NCBI GenBank assembly: GCA_027083345.1
Contig: JALWOZ010000016.1
Span: forward strand, 5-64,004
DNA: 64,000 nucleotides
Direction of reading: 5' to 3'
Source of the DNA: Candidatus Kaiserbacteria bacterium
GTDB lineage: Bacteria; Patescibacteriota; Minisyncoccia; Phycocordibacterales; UBA2100
Position numbers and translations under genes: made by a program. Under the pieces are notes generated by a model. That model ran no database searches. It was not told the DNA's origin and saw only the letters and a list, made by a program, of their open reading frames with translations. Every line of letters begins with the position of its first letter. Position 1 is the first letter of the stretch. Positions 22,628-35,465 of the stretch are shown here, one piece after another.

Positions 22628-25402
22628 TTACTTAGCTGAGACCACCTTACTCATCTCATGTATAGACCTTCTTTTTGATCTTGTACTAGAATTTCTAGAT
22701 ATTGGCAAAGCTTTGGTCTGAGGTAATTGCACATCAAACACAAACTCTGAGACGTCATCTTTAGAGGCACTTATCTTTACCTTGGCTTTGTTTGGCATAC
22801 CTGCCTCTAATATTATCTTTGATAAGGGAGTTAGTATCTTATTATTTACAACCCTTTTAATAGACCTAGCTCCATATTGTGGGTCGTAGCCCTCGTGCTC
22901 TATCTGTTTAATAACACTAATTGCTACTTGCAATATAATACCTCTACTTAATAGCCTACTCTTTACCTCCTCTATATGCTTCTTAACTATTTTTCTCACA
23001 TCTTCTCTACTTAATACATTAAATATAATAGTTTCATCAATACGATTCAAAAATTCTGGTCTAAAAAAGTTCTTAACTGCTGATTGAATATTTTCCTTTT
23101 GCTCTTTTAAGAATTTAAGTTCATCATCTTTAACTTTACTGAAGCCTATCTTGGTTATCTCTTTAACATATTCAGAACCTAAGTTGCTGGTCATCAATAT
23201 TATAGTATTTTTAAAATTCACACTACGACCCTTAGCATCAGTTAACACTCCGTCGTCCAAGACTTGCAAAAGTAAATTAAATATATCTGGGTGAGCCTTC
23301 TCTATCTCATCAAATAACAAAACTGAGTATGGTCTATGTCTAACTATCTCCGTAAGACTACCCCCCTCCTCATGTCCAACATATCCGGGAGGAGATCCCA
23401 CCATTTTGCTCATTGAGTGTTTCTCCATGTACTCACTCATATCTACTCTAATTAATGCCGTAATATCATCAAACAAAAACTCCGCTAAAGATTTTGCCAA
23501 CTCTGTCTTGCCCACTCCTGTGGATCCTAGAAATATAAAAGATCCTAAAGGTCTATTGGGATCTGAGACCCCCGTGCGCGCACGTATAATAGCATTACTA
23601 ATACCCTCAATTGCCTCTTTCTGACCTATCACATTTTCCTCCAAGTATTGTTGCATATTAGATAACTTTTTAATTTCACCCTCGAGCATCTTGCTGCTAG
23701 GCACACCTGTTATATTAGAGACTACTTCTGCTATGTCATTTTCATTTACTTCCTCTTTTATAATTTGTCTATCTTTTTGTAATTCCTTTAAACTTTTTAT
23801 TAGTGACACTAATTTAGTACGCTTATTAGGTATTAATGAATACCTTATCTCTGCTACTTTATCCAAATCTTGTACACTCTCGCTACTGTCTGCTTCTATG
23901 GTCAACTGATCTATCTCTTCTTTGATCTCTCGTATTTGTATATGTAATTCTCGCTCCATATTCCAACGAGTATTAATCTCTCTAGTTGCTTCCTCTATAT
24001 CTGCTATATCCTTTTTTATTTTAGACTCCTTCTTATTTACCTTATTAGAAGATGCCGATTTTGTTGAAGAACTCATTTTTATAGACTTAAGTTCTATCTC
24101 CAAAGATCTTATTTTATCATGAGCTTCTTGTAAAACTTTTGGTTTCTTTTCTAAAGAAATTCTTGCAGTAGACATCGCTTCATCTATAACATCTATTGCC
24201 TTGTCAGGTAAATTGCGATCTGTAATATACCTAACAGATAGGTCAACTGAGGCCTCTAGCGCATTGTTACTTATGCGTAGACCGTGATACAACTCGTACT
24301 TCTCTTTTAATCCTTTTAATATAATAAGAGTATCCTCTGGCGAAGGTTCATTAACTGTTATAGATTGAAACCTACGCACCAAAGCAGAATCTTTCTCTAT
24401 GTGTTTTTTATACTCATCAAATGTGGTAGCTCCTATAACACGCATATCTCCCCTTGCTAAGGACGGCTTCAGCATATTAGATGCATCTAAAGAGTCTCCT
24501 GCAGAACCTGCACCCACTATAGTGTGCAGCTCATCTATAAATAAGATAATGTCTCCTTTTGCTCGCTCCACCTCCTTCATTAATAATTTAAGTCTATCTT
24601 CAAACTCGCCTCTAAACTTAGTCCCCGCTACAAGCAATCCCAAATCCAATGACACTAGTTCTTTACCTCTTAAGCTCTCAGGTACCTCAGAGTTTGCTAT
24701 CCTTTGTGCCAATCCCTCCACTATTGCTGTCTTACCAACTCCTGCCTCACCTATTAATATCGGGTTATTTTTTTTCCTTCTTGAGAGAACCTTAATAGCT
24801 CTGTCTATCTCCACCTCTCTACCTATCACTGGATCCAACTTGTTCTCACTCGCGAGTTTAGTCAAAGAACGAGTATATTTATAAATAGCTCTATTGCGCT
24901 TAGGTACATTTTTATTACTTATCTCCCCTTTTTGCATAGCTGTATATACATCTAAGACTGCCTGTCTATCAACTTTGAATTTATCCCATATATATGCTGT
25001 ATTGCCGGGATAGTCCAACATCGCCATAAAAAGATGCTCTAAAGAGACAAAGCTATCTCCCATAGACTCCGCCAATCTAATTGCCCCTTCTATAACGTTA
25101 ACCGTATCAGGTGTTAAATAAATCTGTAAAGATGGAGATATTACCCCGCCCATATTATTCTCCAAAGCATCATCCACCTCCTCTCCCATGGCAATAGTAT
25201 CAACCTCCATATAATCTAATATGGCCAAAACAGAACTCTCATCTTGAGTCATCATAGCAGTGAGCAAGTGCAGAGGTGTAACTTGAGTTTTATTGCGTTC
25301 AATGGCTATTTGGTGCGCCTTATGTATAGCCTCCTTAGCCCTGGTTGTAAATTTGTTAAATCCTGATCCATCCATATAAACACCATAATGCACTACAACC
25401 AC
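22628..25402 (-). CDS. clpB: Chaperone ClpB (Hsp100 disaggregase); true start probably at Met 10
   Basis: Clp_N repeats, two AAA+ modules ([18 protein letters not shown]; [15 protein letters not shown]) and a long coiled-coil M-domain between them, typical of ClpB rather than ClpC. Confidence 0.85.
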   Translation of the reverse strand: MVVVHYGVYMDGSGFNKFTTRAKEAIHKAHQIAIERNKTQVTPLHLLTAMMTQDESSVLAILDYMEVDTIAMGEEVDDALENNMGGVISPSLQIYLTPDTVNVIEGAIRLAESMGDSFVSLEHLFMAMLDYPGNTAYIWDKFKVDRQAVLDVYTAMQKGEISNKNVPKRNRAIYKYTRSLTKLASENKLDPVIGREVEIDRAIKVLSRRKKNNPILIGEAGVGKTAIVEGLAQRIANSEVPESLRGKELVSLDLGLLVAGTKFRGEFEDRLKLLMKEVERAKGDIILFIDELHTIVGAGSAGDSLDASNMLKPSLARGDMRVIGATTFDEYKKHIEKDSALVRRFQSITVNEPSPEDTLIILKGLKEKYELYHGLRISNNALEASVDLSVRYITDRNLPDKAIDVIDEAMSTARISLEKKPKVLQEAHDKIRSLEIELKSIKMSSSTKSASSNKVNKKESKIKKDIADIEEATREINTRWNMERELHIQIREIKEEIDQLTIEADSSESVQDLDKVAEIRYSLIPNKRTKLVSLIKSLKELQKDRQIIKEEVNENDIAEVVSNITGVPSSKMLEGEIKKLSNMQQYLEENVIGQKEAIEGISNAIIRARTGVSDPNRPLGSFIFLGSTGVGKTELAKSLAEFLFDDITALIRVDMSEYMEKHSMSKMVGSPPGYVGHEEGGSLTEIVRHRPYSVLLFDEIEKAHPDIFNLLLQVLDDGVLTDAKGRSVNFKNTIILMTSNLGSEYVKEITKIGFSKVKDDELKFLKEQKENIQSAVKNFFRPEFLNRIDETIIFNVLSREDVRKIVKKHIEEVKSRLLSRGIILQVAISVIKQIEHEGYDPQYGARSIKRVVNNKILTPLSKIILEAGMPNKAKVKISASKDDVSEFVFDVQLPQTKALPISRNSSTRSKRRSIHEMSKVVSAK

Positions 25403-25431
25403 TCTTTGGTCAATGTTAATTAAAATATATC

Positions 25432-26484
25432 TTAATTACGATTATCTATGTATAATCTCTTCTTACGCAAGTGCTCTTTATAAGTAGAGCTATAATGCGT
25501 TACTCCTCGCTTATCTGCCAAATAAAATAACCACTTACTCTTTACTGGATTTACTACAGCCTTAAGACTATCCATACTTGGTGAACCTATAGGGCCAGGA
25601 GGCAAACCTTTATGTACATATGTATTATACAAAGAGTCATGTTTAAGATCCTCTTTAGTTATATCAAAAGTGCCTTTACCCATTATATAAACAAAAGAGA
25701 CATCAACCTGTAAAGGCATTCCTAATTTTAATCTATTATACAACACTCCGGCAATCTTCCTCCTATCTTCAAATTTATGTGCCTCTAGCTCTACTATTGA
25801 AGCTAATGTAACGATATCATGTACAGAGTATTGTGTATCTTTAACCTGATCCTCTATCTCTTTATAATGTTTATAAAAATTGTCTTTCATAGAGTCTACT
25901 ATCTGACTCTCGGGTGCATTAGGTAAAAAGTAATATGTATCGGGGAAGAGGTATCCCTCATTCTTACTAGCCATCCTTAAAAACAGTTCTTTATTAAATT
26001 TTAACATCTTCTTTGACAAAACATTTGCAATGTCTTCTACGGTACTACCCTCCTTAACTCGTATCTTTACAGGTTCTAAGCCAAATTCTCCAGTACTCAA
26101 TCTCCTAATAACACCAAATAAATTCTCTGACTTTTTAAATAAATAATCTCCAGAAAAAATACTTTTATCTTTTTTATACAATCTTGTTATTAATATCATC
26201 GCCGCCTTATTGCGTACAACATGTCTCTCCACAAGATCTTGAGCTACTTGCTCTAAATTCTGATCTTCTTTAACGGCAATCAACGTATTTATGGGAAAGT
26301 TACTTGGAGGCTTAACTGCATACAAATAAAATAATCCACTTATAATTAAAACGCATATTACTATTATTTTTGTTCTTTTATTGGCACCTCTTTGCCACAA
26401 GTCTTTAGTCTTGCCCACTACATACTCTAATCTACTATTTGCTCCGGCCAAATTAGAGAATATATTTGTATCGCCATCTATCAT
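25432..26484 (-). CDS. mltG: Endolytic murein transglycosylase MltG (YceG-like)
   Basis: N-terminal TM and the YceG-like core LASIVELE...[18 protein letters not shown]. Confidence 0.8.
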   Translation of the reverse strand: MIDGDTNIFSNLAGANSRLEYVVGKTKDLWQRGANKRTKIIVICVLIISGLFYLYAVKPPSNFPINTLIAVKEDQNLEQVAQDLVERHVVRNKAAMILITRLYKKDKSIFSGDYLFKKSENLFGVIRRLSTGEFGLEPVKIRVKEGSTVEDIANVLSKKMLKFNKELFLRMASKNEGYLFPDTYYFLPNAPESQIVDSMKDNFYKHYKEIEDQVKDTQYSVHDIVTLASIVELEAHKFEDRRKIAGVLYNRLKLGMPLQVDVSFVYIMGKGTFDITKEDLKHDSLYNTYVHKGLPPGPIGSPSMDSLKAVVNPVKSKWLFYLADKRGVTHYSSTYKEHLRKKRLYIDNRN

Positions 26485-26497
26485 GATCTATATATAA

Positions 26498-27865
26498 TTA
26501 CTCAGTAGGTAAATTAGGGGGAGGTACTGAGGATTTAGATTGACTCTTCTGTAAACCTGGCACCCTGCCCTCCTCACTAGGAAAATGAAATAAGGTCGCC
26601 AACTCCTCAGTAGTAAGAGTAATTGTTGGCTTCTTAAACGGTACATTAAAGCCACTACGCAACCTATAGGCCTCTATAAAATCTTTAAGTATTCCATGTA
26701 AATTAGGTAATGTAAGCTTCTCCCATGGATAATCACCTCCTGAAGCACCTCCATCAAAAGGCTTTAACTCATTAAAACCATTATAATAATTAAACATCTT
26801 ACCCATAGACTGAACTCTCAAAGTATTCATATGTTCTTTCTCAGCTATATATAAACCTCTTATAATACAATCAAAAGATGGTTTTTTACTCGCCCGCTGT
26901 ATAGCTTCCACCTTCTCTCTCTCACTAGGTAAAAGCATTGGGAAACCTTTAACCTTCTCGTCTGACCCATCCATTGCAGGGTACTCAGGAGTTTTATCTT
27001 TATAAATCTTTTCTATTGTTTTCTCAGCTTCTTCTGCTACCTTTCTATCAGATTTCTGAAATAATATTTGCAACCACATTTGCTCACCTTGTTGCATCAA
27101 TGCAAATTTTTCTAAAACATTTACCATTGGATCTATTTTAGTCTCCCATTTATCTGCATGCTCATGTAAACCATAATCATAATACGTCTTTATGGGCAAA
27201 GCCTCTTCTTTTGCTAATTTAAATCTATGTCCAAGTGCAAAATGCTTATCTGGATCATACTCTATCTTTTTAGAGTAATCGTCAACCTCTATAAGCTCAA
27301 CCTCTGGATATTGAGCATAAAGCTGAGCTTCTACATGCTCTTTAAATCTCTTCCAACACCAAAAATACATTCTCACTTCTCCATTGATTCCGGTTATCTC
27401 TAAGCTCCACCAAGGTCGTAATCTACCTCTCCAATATTTATCTATCTCAGTAGATGTACCTTGTGTTAATAATAATCCTTCAAAAAACAACTCCATGGCA
27501 GCAGGAGATTTAGTAATGGTTTTAGGTACTACTATCTCATATAACTGAGATTCTTGTTTAGAATCTGCCAAAAATTTTAAATTTATATAATCCATCCATA
27601 TACCCCATATGGTAAATATTAATGCCAATGTTAACCACACAGGAGACAACACAATCAATACTATAAACACTCTCTTAGCTCCTTCGAAATTAAATATTAT
27701 TAGTGGGGCTATTGTTAATGCCAACAATATGTAAAACATATGCAAGCTCTGTATATCATGACCAGTCAAATACTTATGTATACTCTTATATACTCCTTTA
27801 ACCTTATCAAATAAGCAATGTATAGGATCTTTGAAACAAGACTTCTTCTTTTTATTATCTGCCAT
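26498..27865 (-). CDS. Hypothetical conserved-looking protein: 2-TM N-terminus plus a ~350-aa cytoplasmic domain of unknown function
   Basis: 455-aa ORF with codon usage like its neighbours and no recognisable motif. It sits in an operon-like arrangement between prfB and mltG. Confidence 0.5.
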   Translation of the reverse strand: MADNKKKKSCFKDPIHCLFDKVKGVYKSIHKYLTGHDIQSLHMFYILLALTIAPLIIFNFEGAKRVFIVLIVLSPVWLTLALIFTIWGIWMDYINLKFLADSKQESQLYEIVVPKTITKSPAAMELFFEGLLLTQGTSTEIDKYWRGRLRPWWSLEITGINGEVRMYFWCWKRFKEHVEAQLYAQYPEVELIEVDDYSKKIEYDPDKHFALGHRFKLAKEEALPIKTYYDYGLHEHADKWETKIDPMVNVLEKFALMQQGEQMWLQILFQKSDRKVAEEAEKTIEKIYKDKTPEYPAMDGSDEKVKGFPMLLPSEREKVEAIQRASKKPSFDCIIRGLYIAEKEHMNTLRVQSMGKMFNYYNGFNELKPFDGGASGGDYPWEKLTLPNLHGILKDFIEAYRLRSGFNVPFKKPTITLTTEELATLFHFPSEEGRVPGLQKSQSKSSVPPPNLPTE

Positions 27866-27887
27866 AAGTTAATAATAACACATCTAC

Positions 27888-28790
27888 TTATAAGAATAGA
27901 CCAATATCACCATCGAGCACGGCACCGACATTACTCGTCTCCACCCCACTCTTATGGTCTTTAACCTTCTTATATGGATGGAGTACATAACTACGCATTT
28001 GTGAACCCCACTCATTCTGCACCTCAGCTCCCATCGATAAGCCCTTAACCTCTAGATCTCTCTCCTTCTCCTGGAGCTTAAACAACTTACCGAGTAGCTG
28101 TGCCATAGCTTTCTCCCTATTGCCTTGCTGTGTCCTACCCTCTGTACACTTAACCGTTATGCCCGTTGGCTTGTGGAGTATGCGCACGGCTGTCTCTACC
28201 TTGTTTACATTCTGCCCGCCTGCGCCACCGGAACGCGCAAAGCTCACCTCAATGTCTTTATCGTCAATCTTTATGTCTGGCAGTTCCTTAAGCTCGGGCA
28301 CTACCTCAACCATAGCAAAACTCGTCTGCCTCTTGCCCTGAGCATTAAACGGCGAGATACGCACAAGCCGATGCACTCCACTCTCACCTTTAAGTTTACC
28401 GTACACACCCAACTTAGTACTTCGACTACTAAGTAAAAAGCTAACGCTCCGATACCCAACTGAGCTTGTCGTGCTACTCAACTGTTCAACTACTAAGTTG
28501 TTCTTAACTGCCCAGCGCTCATACATACGCTTGAGCATCGCCACAAAGTCCTCTGCGTCGTCGCCACCTGCCCCGGCCATGATCGTCACTATTGCACTGC
28601 TCTTATCATACTTGCCACCACTCTTGCCTGTCTTAAGCTCCTCCTTAAGAGCTTGATACTCCGCCATTACCTGCTGGGCCTTCTGTGAGTCAGCCCAAAA
28701 GTCTTGAGCAGTCATTTGCTGCTCAATCTCAAGAATCTTATTTTCTATATCTACCTCTCTCTCAGTCTTTATTTTGACTTTACTTTGCAT
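27888..28790 (-). CDS. prfB: Peptide chain release factor 2 (compact, contiguous ORF without a programmed frameshift)
   Basis: SPF tripeptide motif ([16 protein letters not shown]) and GGQ ([18 protein letters not shown]). 300 aa, with domain 1 shortened. Confidence 0.85.
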   Translation of the reverse strand: MQSKVKIKTEREVDIENKILEIEQQMTAQDFWADSQKAQQVMAEYQALKEELKTGKSGGKYDKSSAIVTIMAGAGGDDAEDFVAMLKRMYERWAVKNNLVVEQLSSTTSSVGYRSVSFLLSSRSTKLGVYGKLKGESGVHRLVRISPFNAQGKRQTSFAMVEVVPELKELPDIKIDDKDIEVSFARSGGAGGQNVNKVETAVRILHKPTGITVKCTEGRTQQGNREKAMAQLLGKLFKLQEKERDLEVKGLSMGAEVQNEWGSQMRSYVLHPYKKVKDHKSGVETSNVGAVLDGDIGLFL

Positions 28791-29077
28791 AACTCTAATA
28801 GTGTATCAAAGTTATCACTCTTTGCGACTTTATTTGGCTTCTCGTGCCCGCACTTTTGACATTTGTGTTTTATTATATAAGTGTCGCCCTTTGTCTGCAC
28901 CTCTGCCGGCTCCATAAGCCCTCCACAACTCTCAAGTGCAAGCCTGTCTCCAGGGTTAATATCGACATGTTTGCTCCACAGGCACTCCGCGCAGTGATTG
29001 GTATACCCATTACCAATATTCTCGGCACCACAACGCTCACAAATAAAGTTTTCTTTTAATCTTGTAAATTCTTTCAT
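28769..29077 (-). CDS. Zinc-ribbon protein, RNHCP-domain-like
   Basis: FICERCGAE...[15 protein letters not shown]...CGGLMEP...CQKCGHE. Two Cys pairs surround an NHC-x-x-CLWS.HVD core that resembles the RNHCP domain. It overlaps the prfB start by 22 nt. Confidence 0.45.
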   Translation of the reverse strand: MKEFTRLKENFICERCGAENIGNGYTNHCAECLWSKHVDINPGDRLALESCGGLMEPAEVQTKGDTYIIKHKCQKCGHEKPNKVAKSDNFDTLLELCKVKSK

Positions 29078-30776
<1,699 letters not shown>

Positions 30777-31700
30777 TTACTTCATTGCTTCTAATCCACT
30801 TGTAATCTCCCCTATCTCTGCAGTGATAGTTGCCTGGCGCGCCTTGTTGAACTTGCGCTTCAGTAGCATCCCCACCTCGCCTGCCTTGTCCGTCGCGTTC
30901 TTCATCGCTACCATCCTTGCAGAGTGCTCGCTTGCCTTGTTCTCTAGCAGAGTATGGAATACTAATATATTTACCAATCTTGGCAATACCTCTACTAATA
31001 GACTCTCGCGGTCAGGCTCCATCTTATAATCTGCAATTTGCTTATTGCCCTTAGAGTCCTCAGCATCAGCCCACTTACCCTTGCTTGGCAATATGCCCTG
31101 CACAATATCATTAAGAGCACCATAGCTAAGTGGCAGCACGCGCCTCATCACCGCCTCTTGCTCAAAGGTAGACTTAAAGTTGGTGTAGATTATATTAACC
31201 TTACGCACCTCTCCACCCTCTTTAAGAGCTGTTATGAGATTTGTAACCTCTCTCATCTCCTCCTCTGTTACATCATCACTTATATTACTTATACTGTGCA
31301 CCACCTCATACCCCCTGCGCTCTACCCAATCTAAGCCTCGCTTGCCAATGCAGATCCACTTTATACCACCCTTATTCTCGTCTTTATTAGCTACGAATTG
31401 TTCTGCCAGCTTAAGTACCGCACTGTTTAAGCTACCTGCTAAGCCCTTATCACTAGTGACGAGCACTACCGCTGTAGGCCCCGTGGCCTGCTTAGCCACA
31501 AGTGGATGCTTGCCGAACTCTACAACAGAGCTAACTTGTGCCAATATACGTACGGCGCTGCGCGCATAAGCGCGGGCACTGAGGGTATGCTCTTGACTCT
31601 TGCGCATCTTCACAGCACTTACGGCCTCCATAGCTCGCGTTACCTTACGAGTCTTGTTTACTGAATTTATTTTGTTTTTAATCTCTTTAAGTCCGGCCAT
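30777..31700 (-). CDS. atpG: F0F1 ATP synthase subunit gamma
   Basis: Operon position and a C-terminal ITxEIxEI-type helix (ITAEIGEITSG). Confidence 0.9.
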   Translation of the reverse strand: MAGLKEIKNKINSVNKTRKVTRAMEAVSAVKMRKSQEHTLSARAYARSAVRILAQVSSVVEFGKHPLVAKQATGPTAVVLVTSDKGLAGSLNSAVLKLAEQFVANKDENKGGIKWICIGKRGLDWVERRGYEVVHSISNISDDVTEEEMREVTNLITALKEGGEVRKVNIIYTNFKSTFEQEAVMRRVLPLSYGALNDIVQGILPSKGKWADAEDSKGNKQIADYKMEPDRESLLVEVLPRLVNILVFHTLLENKASEHSARMVAMKNATDKAGEVGMLLKRKFNKARQATITAEIGEITSGLEAMK

Positions 31701-31706
31701 GTTATG

Positions 31707-33287
31707 TTACTCTGCGCTATATAGATCTTTATTAGCCTCAGCAAAGACCTTCAGTGCTTGCTTAAGTTCCTTCTCACCCTCCTCACTCAATGCTTTTTCT
31801 TTGGTTATGGTCTCTACCAGAGATGAGTACTGATCAGTAAAGAACTCCCTCATCTTACCCTCTACCTGAATAATATTCTCTACTGGCACCTTGTCTAAGT
31901 AGCCATTAACTCCAGCATATATAACGAGTGATTGCAAGGCAAATGGTATAGGCTGGCCATTCTTCTGCTTCAACAACTCTGTTAATCTTCGGCCTGAGTC
32001 TATACGCTTCTTCGTAGCCTCGTCTAAGTCTTGAGCAAATTGCATAAAGGCCTCAAGTTCACGGAATTGAGCAAGCTCAACGCGCATAGAACCTCCAACC
32101 TTCTTCATTGCCTTTGTTTGTGCCGAACTACCTACTCGAGATACGGAGTTACCCACGTCTATAGCTGGCATAAGCCCTTTGTTAAATAAGCTCGCGTCAA
32201 GCGCTATCTGACCATCTGTGATAGAGATAACATTAGTTGGTATATAGGCAGACACATCTCCCTCTTGTGTCTCAATTATAGGTAAGGCTGTTAGAGAGCC
32301 ACCACCAAGCTTGTCATTAAGCCTCGCCGCACGCTCAAGTAACCTTGAGTGCAGGTAGAAGATGTCTCCAGGGTATGCCTCGCGACCCGGTGGCCTGCGG
32401 AGCAAGAGTGAGAGCTCGCGATACGCAACAGCTTGCTTAGACAAATCATCATATACAATAAGCGCATCACGCCCAGAGTCCATAAAATACTCTCCAATAG
32501 CTGCACCAGCAAATGGCGCTAAGAACTGCATCGGAGCGGGAGCAGATGCCGGAGCTGTTACTACTACTGTATACTCCATAGCTCCTGACTCCTCTAGTTG
32601 CTGTACTATGCGAGCAGTCTTAGACTCCTTCTGCCCTATGGCAACATATATACATATTGGTCGAGTCTCTTTAGGTTCGTTCTTTTGGTTAATTATTGCA
32701 TCTATGGCGATAGTCGTCTTACCTGTGAAGCGGTCTCCAATAATAAGCTCGCGTTGTCCACGACCTATCGGCACCATTGCATCAATGGCTTTAATACCAG
32801 TGTGTAGCGGCTCGCTAACACTCTGTCTGTCTAGCACAGAGTATGCATCGCGCTCTATTGGATTGTATTGCTTGCTCTTTATTACTCCCCTACCATCTAT
32901 TGGCTCTGCAAGAGCATTCACTACTCTGCCCAACAGCGACTCGCCAACTGGCACAGAGAGTACGCGACCAGTAGAGCGGGCCAGCATGTTCTCTGACACT
33001 CTACTAGAATCACCCAAGATAACAGTCTTGACTGAGTCCTCCTCAAGGTTGAGTACAAGACCATATAAGACACCCTCGCTCTGCATTGCCTCCTCAAGAC
33101 TCTTATTACTTGAGTCATCAAAGAGTATCATCTCCATCATCTTAGCCTCGCTAAGTCCGTCTATCTCTGCCACTCCATCTCCCACAGAGACAACCCTGCC
33201 GACATCTTGCGCATCAGTCTTGGTGTCTAGGTTAGCTATCTCTGCTTTGAGCCTCTCTATTATTGTACTACTGTTATCTTTCGCCAT
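31707..33287 (-). CDS. atpA: F0F1 ATP synthase subunit alpha
   Basis: GDRFTGKTTIAIDAI P-loop. 526 aa. Confidence 0.95.
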   Translation of the reverse strand: MAKDNSSTIIERLKAEIANLDTKTDAQDVGRVVSVGDGVAEIDGLSEAKMMEMILFDDSSNKSLEEAMQSEGVLYGLVLNLEEDSVKTVILGDSSRVSENMLARSTGRVLSVPVGESLLGRVVNALAEPIDGRGVIKSKQYNPIERDAYSVLDRQSVSEPLHTGIKAIDAMVPIGRGQRELIIGDRFTGKTTIAIDAIINQKNEPKETRPICIYVAIGQKESKTARIVQQLEESGAMEYTVVVTAPASAPAPMQFLAPFAGAAIGEYFMDSGRDALIVYDDLSKQAVAYRELSLLLRRPPGREAYPGDIFYLHSRLLERAARLNDKLGGGSLTALPIIETQEGDVSAYIPTNVISITDGQIALDASLFNKGLMPAIDVGNSVSRVGSSAQTKAMKKVGGSMRVELAQFRELEAFMQFAQDLDEATKKRIDSGRRLTELLKQKNGQPIPFALQSLVIYAGVNGYLDKVPVENIIQVEGKMREFFTDQYSSLVETITKEKALSEEGEKELKQALKVFAEANKDLYSAE

Positions 33288-33319
33288 ATTTATAATTTAA
33301 TAAATTAATAATTTTATAA

Positions 33320-33688
33320 TTACGCCTTTGTGGCATTTCTATATATTTGTAACAATTTCGCTTTAAATGTATTGTCTATAAGCTTACCTCCCTTCTCTAA
33401 TCTATACCCTCCTATTAACCTCTCGTCTACTATCACCTTAGCATCTTTAGGGGCACCTGATAGCTCTATGGCACCCTTAGCATCAGTACTCCTAGCTACG
33501 GCTACTGTAGACTCCTCGGAGCTCCTTTGAGCCACTAAGTTGGTGTATGCACTTAAAACCTTCGGTAATAAAGCCAATGCTCCGCGAGCCTTAAGAGAGC
33601 TCACAAGACCCTTGACAATACTGTCGGCATCTTGACCCTCCTTAGAAGAGAGACTCATCATTGCTTTGGCATATGCTTCGGGATTCAT
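33320..33688 (-). CDS. atpH: F0F1 ATP synthase subunit delta (OSCP), truncated to 122 aa
   Basis: Operon position between atpF and atpA, with an OSCP C-terminal motif (VIVDERLIGGYRLEKGGKLIDNTFKAKL). Confidence 0.6.
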   Translation of the reverse strand: MNPEAYAKAMMSLSSKEGQDADSIVKGLVSSLKARGALALLPKVLSAYTNLVAQRSSEESTVAVARSTDAKGAIELSGAPKDAKVIVDERLIGGYRLEKGGKLIDNTFKAKLLQIYRNATKA

Positions 33689-33689
33689 G

Positions 33690-34139
33690 TTAATTTAGCT
33701 TCTTCTTAAGTAATCTCTCTGCTGCAAGTATTGCCGTGCGAGCTATCTCCTCGTTACTGCCGTCTAGCGCACGCTTAGCAACCTCCTGAGCCCTAGCTTT
33801 GGCATCGGCCTCTATACGCTCAGAGCGAACTTGAGCCTCTGAGATAATCTCTTGGCCTTTTTGCTCTGCTACACCTTTGGCATTTAGCACTATTTCCTCT
33901 GCCTTGCCGCTAGCCTGCCCTATTATCTCTCCTGCCTTGAGCTCGGCATTCTCCAACTCATGCTTTGCATCTGATGCATCTTTTACTCCTTGTTCTATCT
34001 TCTTACGCCTCTCGTCTAGTATGTTTAATACCGGCTTATATAAAAAGTAGGTTAGTGCCACTAAGAGCACACCAAAGTTGACCGCCTGTATTATAAGCAG
34101 TCTCCAGTCTATGCCGAATGATTGTAATAAATCTGCCAT
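33690..34139 (-). CDS. atpF: F0F1 ATP synthase subunit b
   Basis: Single N-terminal TM followed by a long charged helix. Operon position. Confidence 0.7.
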   Translation of the reverse strand: MADLLQSFGIDWRLLIIQAVNFGVLLVALTYFLYKPVLNILDERRKKIEQGVKDASDAKHELENAELKAGEIIGQASGKAEEIVLNAKGVAEQKGQEIISEAQVRSERIEADAKARAQEVAKRALDGSNEEIARTAILAAERLLKKKLN

Positions 34140-34282
34140 GATAATTTAAATTTATGAATGTGTGATTTTCTTATTTTTTAGTAGAGTTCGAGGAATCTGA
34201 GTAAAATATTGTAAAGTGTATAAATATACATTGAGCAATATTTTATGATAGATGACAATGAAATCTACCAAAAATATGAAAA

Positions 34283-34558
<276 letters not shown>

Positions 34559-34587
34559 TCACACCAAGCTACTTTAATACAAGTAAC

Positions 34588-35403
34588 CTAGTGTGGCTTA
34601 ATAACGGCGAGCTTGATAAACAGTAGCGTAAGCAAGGCAAAGATTCCAGCCTGCACAAATCCTATGAAGAGCTCAAAGCTCATTAGAGCGCTAGGCAACA
34701 CATATGGCACAAAGTAAGACACCACGGCTATAAGTACCTCACCCGCTAGTATATTACCAAATAAACGGAAGGAGAATGAGACAATGCGCACCAGCTCTGA
34801 ACCTAACTCTATAAGCCCAACTATAAACCCAAGTGGTGACTTGAAGTTAATGAACTTACTCATATAGGTGAAGAAGCCTAGCACCTTCATCCCCGTCAAC
34901 TCTATTGTAATAAACGCTATAAGAGCAAGCGCAAGGGTTACATTAAGGTCAGTGTTCATACTCCTAAAGAGTGGCACAAATCCCTCCTTAAGATGGAAGC
35001 CAACAGAGCCAATACCGGGAGTAAACTCAAGCGCATTTGCGGTAAATATAAATAAGAATAGTGTAAGGACAAGAGGCAAGAAGACTCTCGCCAACCTACT
35101 ATCCTCAAGAGTCTCTTTCATATATTTATACACAAAGTCTATAAGAGACTCAAATATTATCTGCACCTTACCAGGCACCATCTTTATAGACTTACCCACT
35201 ATAAAAGCAGTAGTGATAAGGATAAACATCACGGCCCAACTGGTTATAAGAGTATTATTAATAGGTATACCGTGCCACTGCCCCAAAGTTTCAGCAGATA
35301 AGGATGCTATATGTATACCCTTTTGAGCGTGTGCTGTGGTGTTAGTCTGCTCTGCAATAACCTCCTCTTGAGTCTCTTGATATACCTCTGCTGTAGCTGT
35401 CAT
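34588..35403 (-). CDS. atpB: F0F1 ATP synthase subunit a
   Basis: Multi-TM protein with the conserved Arg in the RLFGNILAGE motif. Confidence 0.85.
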   Translation of the reverse strand: MTATAEVYQETQEEVIAEQTNTTAHAQKGIHIASLSAETLGQWHGIPINNTLITSWAVMFILITTAFIVGKSIKMVPGKVQIIFESLIDFVYKYMKETLEDSRLARVFLPLVLTLFLFIFTANALEFTPGIGSVGFHLKEGFVPLFRSMNTDLNVTLALALIAFITIELTGMKVLGFFTYMSKFINFKSPLGFIVGLIELGSELVRIVSFSFRLFGNILAGEVLIAVVSYFVPYVLPSALMSFELFIGFVQAGIFALLTLLFIKLAVIKPH

Positions 35404-35465
35404 AATGACTGCGATTGTATCACAAGGTCTACCACAATCAAGTTTAATATAATACCTTAATTAAC

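Noticed and set aside
27888-28790. Programmed +1 frameshift in prfB
   Set aside because: The ORF is contiguous from an ATG with SPF and GGQ in frame, and no CUU UGA C-like site is found. The gene is simply short.
32362-33300. 312-aa + strand ORF antisense to atpA
   Set aside because: Ser/Thr/Ala-rich low-complexity translation overlapping a highly conserved alpha-subunit gene. It is a typical antisense artefact.
34868-35326. 152-aa + strand ORF antisense to atpB
   Set aside because: It lies entirely inside the a-subunit gene and has no motifs.
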